DNA from: Bacteroidota bacterium
GTDB taxonomy: Bacteria > Bacteroidota > Ignavibacteria > Kapaibacteriales > UBA2268
Assembly: GCA_022707965.1 (NCBI GenBank)
Contig: JAKIZO010000003.1
Coordinates: forward strand, 7,357-71,356
Direction of reading: 5' to 3'
Length of the DNA stretch: 64,000 bases
How positions within the stretch are numbered: position 1 is the first letter of the stretch; the number at the start of each line of letters is the position of its first letter. Made by a program: the position numbers and the translations under genes. The notes below the pieces were generated by a model. It worked only from the letters and a program-made list of their open reading frames with translations, was not told where the DNA came from and did not search any database. Below, in pieces: positions 37,001 through 44,877 of the stretch.

Positions 37001-37578
37001 AATAAGTCGTGTTGCTCAACAAATTGCGAAAATGTCAGTTCTTCTGCATTCTTTATGTTTGGCACAAGTAGCAATCGCGAACCATCTTTGCGTTCCAAAT
37101 CAATTGCCAAACCTAAATTTATATGCTTTTTCTTTATTTTTGCAGGCTTGCCATCTATTACATCAAAATGCGAATTCATCTGTGGAAACTTAACCAATGC
37201 CTTTACTATCGCCCAAGCCAAAATATGAGTGAATGATACTTTCTTTTTCTTAACGTTTAATAAATGTTTATTAATTATTTGCCTGTTTTCGTCAAGTAAT
37301 TTTACAGGAATAGTTCTAACTGACGTAGCAGTTGGCACTTCAAGGCTTTTAGTCATATTTTCAGCAATTTTTGCTGAAATAGAAGATAAAAATTCAATTT
37401 CCTCATCTTGTTTTATTTTAATTGGCTCTGTTGTCGCTGGTTCGGGCTTTTCGCTTACCTTTGGTTTGATATTCCCTTTACGTGAGAAGTAATCTTGCCA
37501 TTCTTTGCTTACTGATTGGGGGTCCCGAAGATAATTATAGTATAGTTCTTCAACAAATGCAGAATTAATCTCGCTCAT
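34039..37578 (-). CDS. odhA: 2-oxoglutarate dehydrogenase E1 fused to an N-terminal E2-type acyltransferase catalytic domain (OdhA/Kgd-like architecture)
   Basis: 1179 aa. SucA-type N-terminus (FVEELYYNYLRDPQSVSKEWQDYF). Residues of about 62-295 form a 2-oxoacid dehydrogenase acyltransferase domain with the catalytic DHRIIQGAE motif. These are followed by the E1o TPP-binding, transketolase-like and C-terminal domains (GMAHRGRLNVL, HGDAAFAGQG, LLPHGYDGQGSEHSS). Confidence 0.88.
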   Translation of the reverse strand: MSEINSAFVEELYYNYLRDPQSVSKEWQDYFSRKGNIKPKVSEKPEPATTEPIKIKQDEEIEFLSSISAKIAENMTKSLEVPTATSVRTIPVKLLDENRQIINKHLLNVKKKKVSFTHILAWAIVKALVKFPQMNSHFDVIDGKPAKIKKKHINLGLAIDLERKDGSRLLLVPNIKNAEELTFSQFVEQHDLLIEKARNNRLDLTDLEGTTVTLTNPGMIGTTHSSPRLMKGQGLIVATGSIDYPTEFQAVNPAILTDMAISKVVTITSTYDHRIIQGAESAEFLAYISNLLLGKNNFYYQIFYSLDVPFEPLHWQTDIENKKAYPLNFEDKIEKNAHIMLMINAYRVRGHLLASSNPLGRAVYYYPELDPAYYGLTIWDLDRYFHADDSWERNELTFREIFEILRSTYCGHIGYEFMHIQAPDKKEWIKTKLETKSLKPKISNEKKVEILHKLIDAEFFENYLHTKFIGHKRFSLEGGETLIVLLSQLFEKAAEHQLHSIVIGMAHRGRLNVLVNNVGKKPELIFNEFEGDYAPELDQAAGDVKYHLGDKGKYTGKNGHTVEILLSPNPSHLELVNPVIAGMARAIDNRIQDGTYSKALPINIHGDAAFAGQGIVAETLNLSQLEGYKVGGTIHIVVNNQIGFTTPSDASRSTYYATDIAKMIQSPILHVNGNDPEAVVEAAVFAMEYRETFKSDVIIDLLCYRKYGHNEGDEPTYTQPLLYKKIKSMPPISKIYQNELIREKVISNQDVDNYLSQIKLKYEEAYNNRVIFKGQKKFEFYLKEGRTLSPYFTAIHDNLLKEITTAITTIPENFNLNPKLKQFVKKRYEMVFDGEGAIDWAMAEALAFGSLLVEGRDVRFSGQDSRRGTFSQRHAVLFDYFNEDIYIPLNHIRKNQGRMRIFDSPLSEVATLGYEYGYSIIADSDLTVWEAQFGDFANNAQTFFDQYISCGEVKWGQNSNLVVLLPHGYDGQGSEHSSARLERYLQLCADENMIVGNFTTPSNYFHALRRQLLLTHKLPLILMTPKSMLRHPLAVSKRDEFIYGEFHHIYDDNTVDRDKVDRLILCTGKIYYELLEERTKRNIANIAIVRIEQLYPLHKELLQNVIDSYSNVKEIIWVQEEPQNMGAFPYLYPIFIEMIDDFKNRFRYIGRRASAATATGSYKKHLMEQEKIIDEAMKF

Positions 37579-37787
37579 TTTATATCGTAAAATTGTTAAA
37601 TATATTAATTTATCTTAACGTTTTTGTTAATATTACATTGTAGATGAACACGTATACTGATAATTTCAAGCATTTATTATTAAATGTAGATATATTTCAA
37701 CAAGCAAATTTGTAAGTGAATAGCGAAACGTGCTAAAATGAATAATTTGCGGAAAGATTGAAGCTGTTTAAAAAAATCTCTGTTTTC

Positions 37788-37820
37788 AACCTTCGGAAGG
37801 TTTCGAACCTTCCGAAGGTT
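37788..37820. repeat. Palindromic intergenic repeat, copy 2
   Basis: AACCTTCGGAAGGTTTCGAACCTTCCGAAGGTT has perfect 13-bp arms. It is related to the copy at 29478-29509. Confidence 0.7.
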
Positions 37821-37909
37821 ACTCGAAATTATTAGAAAACCCGCTCGCTACAAATTAAGCTCTTTCAAATCGGTTCTATTTAATTGCTAATCGGATTTAG
37901 CGAAAAACG

Positions 37910-38662
37910 CTATTCTTTTTTCAAATAATTATCTAAAAATGGCTTGATTAAATCAATTGGAATTGGGAAAACAGTAGTCGAATTCTTTTCGGAAGCAATA
38001 TCAGTCAATGATTGCAGATAACGTAATTGAAGGGCAACGGGATATTGTTGAATTTGTGCAGCTGCCTCGGTAAGTGTTTTTGCAGCTTGATTTTCGCCCT
38101 CTGCACGTATGATTTTTGCACGGCGCTCGCGTTCGGCTTCTGCTTGTTTTGCCATTGCTCGCTGCATCTCAATTGGTAAATCAATCTGCTTAACTTCGAC
38201 TGATGTTACCTTCACACCCCACGGTTCTGTGTGTTCATCGATAATTGCTTGAAGCTTCCTGTTTATGCTTTCACGTTCAGAAAGTAGCTCGTCCAAATCA
38301 CTTTGCCCAAGAATGCTTCTCAATGTAGTTTGTGCAATTTGATTGGTAGCATACAAATAGTTTTCTACTTCTACGATTGCCTTGTCAGGATAGACCACTC
38401 TGAAATAAAGAACAGCATTTACTTTGATTGACACATTATCTTTTGTTATTACATCTTGCGATTCAATATCGAAAGCAACTGTCCGTAGGCTCACTCTCAC
38501 CATTTTATCGATAAAGGGAATTAAAATTATAATCCCCGGACCCTTCGAACCAATTAACCGCCCTAATCGGAATACTACTGCTCTTTCATATTCACGGATT
38601 ACTTTAATCGACGAACTTATTATCAGGATTAAAAATAGAACTAAGACAAATGTGAATTCCAT
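37910..38662 (-). CDS. SPFH/Band-7 (stomatin/slipin-like) membrane protein
   Basis: 250 aa with an N-terminal TM helix, a [13 protein letters not shown] entry motif and a coiled-coil [11 protein letters not shown] region. Confidence 0.9.
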   Translation of the reverse strand: MEFTFVLVLFLILIISSSIKVIREYERAVVFRLGRLIGSKGPGIIILIPFIDKMVRVSLRTVAFDIESQDVITKDNVSIKVNAVLYFRVVYPDKAIVEVENYLYATNQIAQTTLRSILGQSDLDELLSERESINRKLQAIIDEHTEPWGVKVTSVEVKQIDLPIEMQRAMAKQAEAERERRAKIIRAEGENQAAKTLTEAAAQIQQYPVALQLRYLQSLTDIASEKNSTTVFPIPIDLIKPFLDNYLKKE

Positions 38663-38802
38663 AACTGTTCTCCAAAAATAAGAAATATTTATATTACACG
38701 TCTTTTATTTTAATTTAGTTTAATATTTATTGATAATCATATTCATTTTGACTAAATTGTAAAATAAGTTTTATGTGAAAAATTATTATTCTATTTTTTG
38801 AA

Positions 38803-40242
38803 ATGAAGAAATCTCTTTATATACTAACAATTTTTCTTTTATGTATATCCTCTACTTTTGCTATTCAAAATAAATTGTCTATTGATATTTCTTCTGCCCA
38901 ATTTTATTTGGGTTCAGATTTCTATGAATGGAATTTGTATTATTCTTTCGACGAGAGAGATGTAAAGTTTATATTCGAGAATGATTTATTCACCTCGAAA
39001 ATTCAGTTCAATATCAAATTTTATAGTTCATTGGGTCTGGAATTCGAAGATAAATGGATTACAACTTATAATGTTACAGAAATTAATCCCGATAGCGATA
39101 TTAAATTGTTCGGTCTTCGCTCATTTCGACTTAAAGAAGGACAATACAAAGTTGAATTTTCCGTAACTGACCTCAACCAAAAAGAAAATACCAAAGCTGC
39201 TAATTTTGATTTACTTATTCGCAAAATGAGAAACGACCGCCTTGAACTAAGTGATATTGTCCTGTGTAATCTAATTCTAAACCAGAAAAACGCAGGTGAA
39301 TTTGCAAATGAACAGTTTTTGCGTAATTCTCTATACGTTTATCCAGATCCATCAGCAGAAATATATGGGGCTTCACCTTCTCTGAAAACTTATTTTGAAA
39401 TATACAATGCAAATAAAGTTTCTCCCGATGGGATTTTGCTTCATTACTACATCTTCGATGGTGCAAATCGGGAAGTATTCTATTTTCCAAAGCAGTTGAA
39501 ATCATTATATGATGGAATGGTTGAAACTATCGAAATTCCACTTGATGCTATTCCAACGGGTGTATATAATCTGGTTGTAGCTGCAAAGTCACTGAACTCT
39601 TTTGATTCTGTTACTATTACAAAAAAGTTTTATTTAATTAATCCTGATTTACCGCCTGTATTAGAGCTTTCGCGTGGTGTCGACTATACCTTCGAACTTT
39701 CTGAGTTCGCAACTATGTCCGAAGAGCAATTAGACCAAGAATTTCAACAAGTTCGCTTTATTGCAACGAAAGAGGAAATCGCCCAGTTCCGTTTGCTTAC
39801 CGACCCCGTTGCAAAAGCTCGCTTTCTTTTTGCTTTCTGGCAGCGCAGAAACTCAGATACCACCTCTTCCATTAATGTTGCCCGATTTAACTATAAAAAA
39901 AGAATTGAGCAAGCCAATAAATTCTTCTCGTGGGGTGGCAAGCAAAATGGTTGGGAAACTGACCGTGGTCGCACTTTCCTTAAATATGGTGAGCCATCGA
40001 ACAAAGATTATTTCCCTCAAAGAGGCAACGAACGCGCTTACGAAGTCTGGTTCTATTCTGAACTTGAAGGCGGAGTTTATTTCTATTTTGTTGATGTTGG
40101 AGGCTTTGGTAATTTTCAACAAGTCCATTCAACAAAAACGGGTGAAATTTATAATCAAGACTGGTATGAATTATATGTCCCAATCACAAAAGAAAACAGA
40201 AAAGATTACCAAATTGATGATGAAATGAGAAAATATCGATGA
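38803..40242 (+). CDS. GWxTD-domain protein
   Basis: 479 aa with a signal peptide. The C-terminal region contains GWETDRGRTFLKYGEPS, the GWxTD signature. Confidence 0.8.
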   Translation: MKKSLYILTIFLLCISSTFAIQNKLSIDISSAQFYLGSDFYEWNLYYSFDERDVKFIFENDLFTSKIQFNIKFYSSLGLEFEDKWITTYNVTEINPDSDIKLFGLRSFRLKEGQYKVEFSVTDLNQKENTKAANFDLLIRKMRNDRLELSDIVLCNLILNQKNAGEFANEQFLRNSLYVYPDPSAEIYGASPSLKTYFEIYNANKVSPDGILLHYYIFDGANREVFYFPKQLKSLYDGMVETIEIPLDAIPTGVYNLVVAAKSLNSFDSVTITKKFYLINPDLPPVLELSRGVDYTFELSEFATMSEEQLDQEFQQVRFIATKEEIAQFRLLTDPVAKARFLFAFWQRRNSDTTSSINVARFNYKKRIEQANKFFSWGGKQNGWETDRGRTFLKYGEPSNKDYFPQRGNERAYEVWFYSELEGGVYFYFVDVGGFGNFQQVHSTKTGEIYNQDWYELYVPITKENRKDYQIDDEMRKYR

Positions 40243-41150
40243 GAAATTCTGTTTTTATTGATTATTTCACATATATTTTAATGAAAATTCTCGGGTGGAT
40301 TGCTTCTTTGCTTTCACCAAGATTTCGTGGTTATTTAGGAATGCTTATAGGTAATTTGTTGTTTTTTTTGCCAAGTAATAGAAAAAAAATCGCTCTTCAT
40401 AACCTTAAAATTGCTTTTCCTGATAAATCAATCGATGAGCTCAAAAATATTGCTCGCAAATCTTATCAAAATCTGTCGATTGTATTTATCGAGACCGCCG
40501 CAGCTGAGTTTTTCAATGAAAATGATATAATCAAACTTATAAAAATAAATAATATCGATTTAGTTCCGCAACTGCTAAGCAAAGGTAATGGGCTTATTTT
40601 TCTTTCTGCTCATTATGGAAATTGGGAATATGCTGCTATTGCTGCTGGAATTTACAGTAAAGTGCCAATCAACGTAATCGTCCAAAAACAAAAGAATAAA
40701 TTTGTAAATAAATCTGTTACTAAAACAAGAACTAAATTCGGGAATAAAGTCGTTCCAATGAACAGTGCGGCTCGTCAAATCATTCAATCAATCAGAAAAA
40801 ATGAAGCCATAGCGATGCTTGTCGACCAATCTGCAAAATTCGGCAAGGATAGCTTCATCGATTTTTTCGCAATACCGGCTTTGACTTATGACGCACCGGC
40901 AGAACTTGCACTTCGATTCCAAACGCCTATTGTATATGGTTTTGCCTGCCGAAATAAGGATTTTACTTACACTATTGATTTAAAAGAACTTGACTTTTCA
41001 GATTTAACTTATAGCAAAGAAAATGTTAAAATTCTTACCCGTCGACACGTCGAAGCACTTGAAAAACAAATACTTAAAGCACCAGAACTGTGGGTTTGGG
41101 AACATAAACGCTGGAAACATTCCGTTGACTACAAAAAAATTGAGCAATGA
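40239..41150 (+). CDS. Lipid A biosynthesis (LpxL/HtrB-like) lysophospholipid acyltransferase
   Basis: 303 aa with an N-terminal TM helix and the SAHYGNWEY (HX4E) active-site motif. ATGA overlap with the upstream gene. Confidence 0.8.
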   Translation: MRNSVFIDYFTYILMKILGWIASLLSPRFRGYLGMLIGNLLFFLPSNRKKIALHNLKIAFPDKSIDELKNIARKSYQNLSIVFIETAAAEFFNENDIIKLIKINNIDLVPQLLSKGNGLIFLSAHYGNWEYAAIAAGIYSKVPINVIVQKQKNKFVNKSVTKTRTKFGNKVVPMNSAARQIIQSIRKNEAIAMLVDQSAKFGKDSFIDFFAIPALTYDAPAELALRFQTPIVYGFACRNKDFTYTIDLKELDFSDLTYSKENVKILTRRHVEALEKQILKAPELWVWEHKRWKHSVDYKKIEQ

Positions 41151-41457
41151 TTTTTATTTCCGCGTTTATGAAATAATCGCTAAAATACCTTATGGCAAAG
41201 TTACTACTTATGGTGCTATCGCTCGTGCTTTGGGTGTTTCGCGTTCTGCTCGTATGGTTGGAATGGCTTGTGCCGCCGCAGCTGGCAAACTCGATTTGCC
41301 GTTTCATCGCGTTGTCAATAGAAATGGCGAACTTACCGGTAAACACAATTTCCCAACACCCGATTTTATGGAACAAATGCTTATTGCCGAAGGTGTTAAG
41401 TTCGTTAATGGGTGCGTTGACCTCAAAAACTTTTTATGGGAACCAGAAATTTATTAA
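41140..41457 (+). CDS. MGMT-family DNA-binding protein lacking the acceptor Cys (alkyltransferase-like, ATL)
   Basis: The motifs VYEIIAKIPYGKVTTYGAIA and LPFHRVVNRNGELTG show Phe where PCHR Cys is expected. There is no in-frame ATG, so a TTG start is assumed at 41140 (or 41125). Confidence 0.7.
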   Translation: MSNDFYFRVYEIIAKIPYGKVTTYGAIARALGVSRSARMVGMACAAAAGKLDLPFHRVVNRNGELTGKHNFPTPDFMEQMLIAEGVKFVNGCVDLKNFLWEPEIY

Positions 41458-41466
41458 ATTGAATTT

Positions 41467-41925
41467 ATGAATTTTAACGAGCAAGATATTAAAACTAACA
41501 TTAAAGGTATTCGTCTGCTTGGTATTGATTTCGGACTAAAAAGAGTCGGGTTGGCTGTTTCTGACGAACTTGGCATTACAACAACTCCTCTTGATACTTT
41601 GGATTATTCTAAACAAGATTTCTGGGAGCGTCTTATTTCAATTATCAATAAGCAAAAAGCAAAAGCTTGTGTTGTAGGTGTTCCATTCTACGAAAAAGAG
41701 ACAAATTCTGATATTACCAATGCTTTGAATTCTTTCATTGACTTGCTTCGAAACAAATCGGGATTGAATGTTTATATTTTTGATGAAAGTTTTACGTCCA
41801 GAAATGCAGTTGAAACTATGCTTGCAATTGATAAACCTAAAAAAAAGCGTAGCCAGAAAGGTGAAAAAGACAAAATTGCTGCTGCCTTGATTCTTAGAAA
41901 TTTTCTTGATTACTACTTGGGTTAA
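41467..41925 (+). CDS. ruvX: Holliday-junction-resolvase-like nuclease RuvX/YqgF
   Basis: 152 aa with the motif LLGIDFGLKRVGLAVSD and C-terminal DESFTS...A. Confidence 0.88.
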   Translation: MNFNEQDIKTNIKGIRLLGIDFGLKRVGLAVSDELGITTTPLDTLDYSKQDFWERLISIINKQKAKACVVGVPFYEKETNSDITNALNSFIDLLRNKSGLNVYIFDESFTSRNAVETMLAIDKPKKKRSQKGEKDKIAAALILRNFLDYYLG

Positions 41926-41926
41926 T

Positions 41927-43219
41927 ATGAAACGCTTATTCATAATTTCTTTTGCAATTTCAATCACATTAATTTTTGCAGAATGTTTTGCGCAGTTCGA
42001 TAGAAATTCACCTAATCGAGAAGCCAACAATTTCATTTTTGACTTTTTCGCTCAACCAACTAATTCACCTGATAGCGTCGAAATTACTGTTTTCTATAAA
42101 ATTGCTTATCAGGCACTTTTATTTAGTCAGCTTGAAACTGGCTTTTCTACAAACTACCAACTTGAAGCAACATTTCGGGATGCAAATGGAATAATTCGCC
42201 GCCGTGCTAACGTTTTCGATACAATTATTGTTCAAACTTTTGAAGAAACAAGAGCAATCAGTAATTTTCGATTTGGTTTCCTAAGTCAAACCCTTCCATT
42301 ATCGAATTACTTTGTGCAAATTCAACTGTTGGATTTTCGCAATCAAGCTCTCCATAGAGCCACTTTCCAATTCAGCAAAGATAATCAGGGCAGTATCAAA
42401 TATATCCCACTATTTGCGTCCATTGGTAAAGAAAATGAATATGTTTCGCAAGTTGCAAACGGCATTTCTTTTGCATCGCCAGCTTTTTCCATTTACCTAC
42501 CAATTAATTTGCCAAATGTTGGTGAATTAATTCGTTACGAGATATCTAAAATCGATGAAAAAGAAGCAGTTAATTGGGGCGATTTTTCCCCAATTACCGG
42601 CGAAATTGAACCAACTAATAATTTCTATTTGAGTTTTGATTTAGAGGACTCTGGCATTGCTGTTTCGCAAAATTATATTGAAGCAAAAAATACATTTTTC
42701 ATTTTAACTGATAAACCTAACACTTTTGTGCCAGGCTCGTACAATCTCATTCTCAAATACGGCGTTCGATTGGACACTTTTTCTTTTAGAGTAGTTTGGG
42801 AGAATATGCCTAAATCATTGCGCGACCCGCAATATATGTTGCGAGTAATGGAATATATCCTAACTGACGATGAAATTAAACGTTTTAGAGCATTTAAAAG
42901 ACGCCAGCTTCCTGAAATACTCTTTGAGTATTGGAAGCGTTTAGACCCAACTCCAAACACTCCGTATAACGAATCTATGAATGAGTATTTCACTCGTGTC
43001 GATTATGCATCAACTGCTTTTAGAACTTCATCTCAAAGTGATGGTGCCCTAACAGATAGGGGAATGATTTATATTTTGTTCGGACCTCCCGACGATATTC
43101 GAAGATTTCACCAAAATAATAGATTGCGCGAACAATGGACTTATCGACGTCTAATTAAAGAATATACTTTCGAGCAAGTTTCCACAGGAAATTTCCGTCT
43201 AATTCAAATTAAAGAATAA
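41927..43219 (+). CDS. GWxTD-domain protein (second paralogue, degenerate GALTD signature)
   Basis: The ATG at 41927 gives a signal peptide (MKRLFIISFAISITLIFAECFA/Q). The C-terminal region YWKRLDPTPNTPYNE...DGALTDRGMIYILFGPPD parallels the first GWxTD protein. Confidence 0.72.
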   Translation: MKRLFIISFAISITLIFAECFAQFDRNSPNREANNFIFDFFAQPTNSPDSVEITVFYKIAYQALLFSQLETGFSTNYQLEATFRDANGIIRRRANVFDTIIVQTFEETRAISNFRFGFLSQTLPLSNYFVQIQLLDFRNQALHRATFQFSKDNQGSIKYIPLFASIGKENEYVSQVANGISFASPAFSIYLPINLPNVGELIRYEISKIDEKEAVNWGDFSPITGEIEPTNNFYLSFDLEDSGIAVSQNYIEAKNTFFILTDKPNTFVPGSYNLILKYGVRLDTFSFRVVWENMPKSLRDPQYMLRVMEYILTDDEIKRFRAFKRRQLPEILFEYWKRLDPTPNTPYNESMNEYFTRVDYASTAFRTSSQSDGALTDRGMIYILFGPPDDIRRFHQNNRLREQWTYRRLIKEYTFEQVSTGNFRLIQIKE

Positions 43220-43233
43220 ATCAAGGAATTACT

Positions 43234-44400
43234 ATGAACGTACCTCTTTTGGATTTAAGGCAACAATATCAATCAATCAAACAAGAGATTGAACCCGTTT
43301 TACTGAAAATCGCCGAAAGCCAGATGCTTATTTTAGGCGAAGAAGTGTCGAAATTAGAAAAAACACTCGCAGAATATTGCGGCACAAAATATGCTATCGG
43401 TGTCTCTTCTGGAACTGATGCTTTGTTGATGGCTTTGATGGCTTTGGAAGTTGGTCCTGGCGATGAAGTTATTCTGCCAACATATTCATTTTTTGCAACC
43501 GCTGGCGTAGTTTCGAGATTATTTGCAAAACCCGTATTCATTGATAGCGAACCCGTTACTTTTAACATTAATCCATCACTAATCGAAAAGAAAATCACAC
43601 CTAAAACAAAAGCAATTATACCTGTTCATCTCTATGGTCAATCCTGCGAAATGACCGAAATATTGGAAATTGCAAACAAATACAATATTCCAGTTATTGA
43701 AGATGCTGCACAAGCAATTGGCTGCCAGTATAAAAATGGCAAGCCCGTCGGTTCTATGGGAACAATGGGCTGTTATTCTTTTTACCCAACGAAAAATTTA
43801 GGTGCTTTCGGCGACGGTGGTCTAATTGTTACAAATCAAGAAACGCTTGCTAAAAAACTATTCCAGATGAGAAATCACGGAATGGAACCGAAGTATTACC
43901 ACAAATTTGTTGGTGGCAATTTCCGTCTTGATGCTATTCAAGCAGCAGTGCTAAATATTAAATTCCCATATCTTGAAAGCTGGCATCAAGCGCGCAGAAA
44001 TAATGCTGAAATTTACTATAATGAATTTATTAATGTAGGTTTGGCTGATTGTATTGGAGCCACTGAATTCGACGCTCGAAATAAAGTATTACTTCCAAAG
44101 CCTGTCTATAAAGATACTGAGGTGAAAAATTTCCATATCTATAATCAATTTATTATTCGTGTTGAAAAGCGTGATGAATTACGTCAATTCCTTGCTTCTC
44201 AATCGATTGGGACTGAAATTTACTATCCTGTGCCTTTCCATCGTCAAGAATGCTTTGCTAATCTTGGTTATTCAGACGACGAATTCTCCGTTGCGAATTC
44301 GCTTGCCGAAACATCTCTTGCTTTGCCTATTTATCCTGAACTTTCAGAAGAACAAATCAAATACGTAGTTAATAAAATCGCCGAATTTATTAATCAATAA
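43234..44400 (+). CDS. DegT/DnrJ/EryC1/StrS-family PLP-dependent sugar aminotransferase
   Basis: 388 aa with motifs GEEV..LE..LAEYCG, VSSGTDAL and SFYPTKNLGAFGDGG (PLP-Lys region). Confidence 0.9.
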   Translation: MNVPLLDLRQQYQSIKQEIEPVLLKIAESQMLILGEEVSKLEKTLAEYCGTKYAIGVSSGTDALLMALMALEVGPGDEVILPTYSFFATAGVVSRLFAKPVFIDSEPVTFNINPSLIEKKITPKTKAIIPVHLYGQSCEMTEILEIANKYNIPVIEDAAQAIGCQYKNGKPVGSMGTMGCYSFYPTKNLGAFGDGGLIVTNQETLAKKLFQMRNHGMEPKYYHKFVGGNFRLDAIQAAVLNIKFPYLESWHQARRNNAEIYYNEFINVGLADCIGATEFDARNKVLLPKPVYKDTEVKNFHIYNQFIIRVEKRDELRQFLASQSIGTEIYYPVPFHRQECFANLGYSDDEFSVANSLAETSLALPIYPELSEEQIKYVVNKIAEFINQ

Positions 44401-44428
44401 TTATTTGAGTTCTTTACTATTTACTAAT

Positions 44429-44461
44429 AAGAGGCTGATAATCAAATCCAGCCTCTTTTGC
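44429..44461 (+). terminator. Rho-independent terminator
   Basis: Stem AAGAGGCTG / CAGCCTCTT with an 11-nt loop, followed by TTG. Confidence 0.65.
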
Positions 44462-44877
44462 TATAAACTAATGATATTTTTGAATTATTGTGTTTTGCTA
44501 TTTGACAGATGAAACTCCATATTTTCATTTTAAACATAAATATTGTCGATAACCAAATTCATCAAATAATTATCAAGAAACTCGGATTTTTATCATTTCC
44601 TGTATATTATTTTTTGTTCTCCAAAAATATAAAATATTTACTTTGTTTTTTCGTTACATTTTTTGTATTTTTATTTTATAGTTTCAAGCAAGTTAGCACC
44701 GATTAAAAATTAATTTAATATAGAGAAAAAATTAATCATTTGTTAATTTTCTTGTAATTTTTATAAAAAATAGGTATTTTGCAAAATAAAATCTTGCAGA
44801 TATGCAATTTTGTTTTCAGCAAAAAAGCAAAAATATAAAATTAATCGAATATTATTAATATTATAAGATACATTGGT

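Noticed and set aside
44509-44706. A 65-aa hydrophobic ORF in the AT-rich spacer.
   Set aside because: Its composition simply mirrors AT-rich DNA (Phe/Ile/Lys/Asn). It has no Shine-Dalgarno site and no recognisable family.
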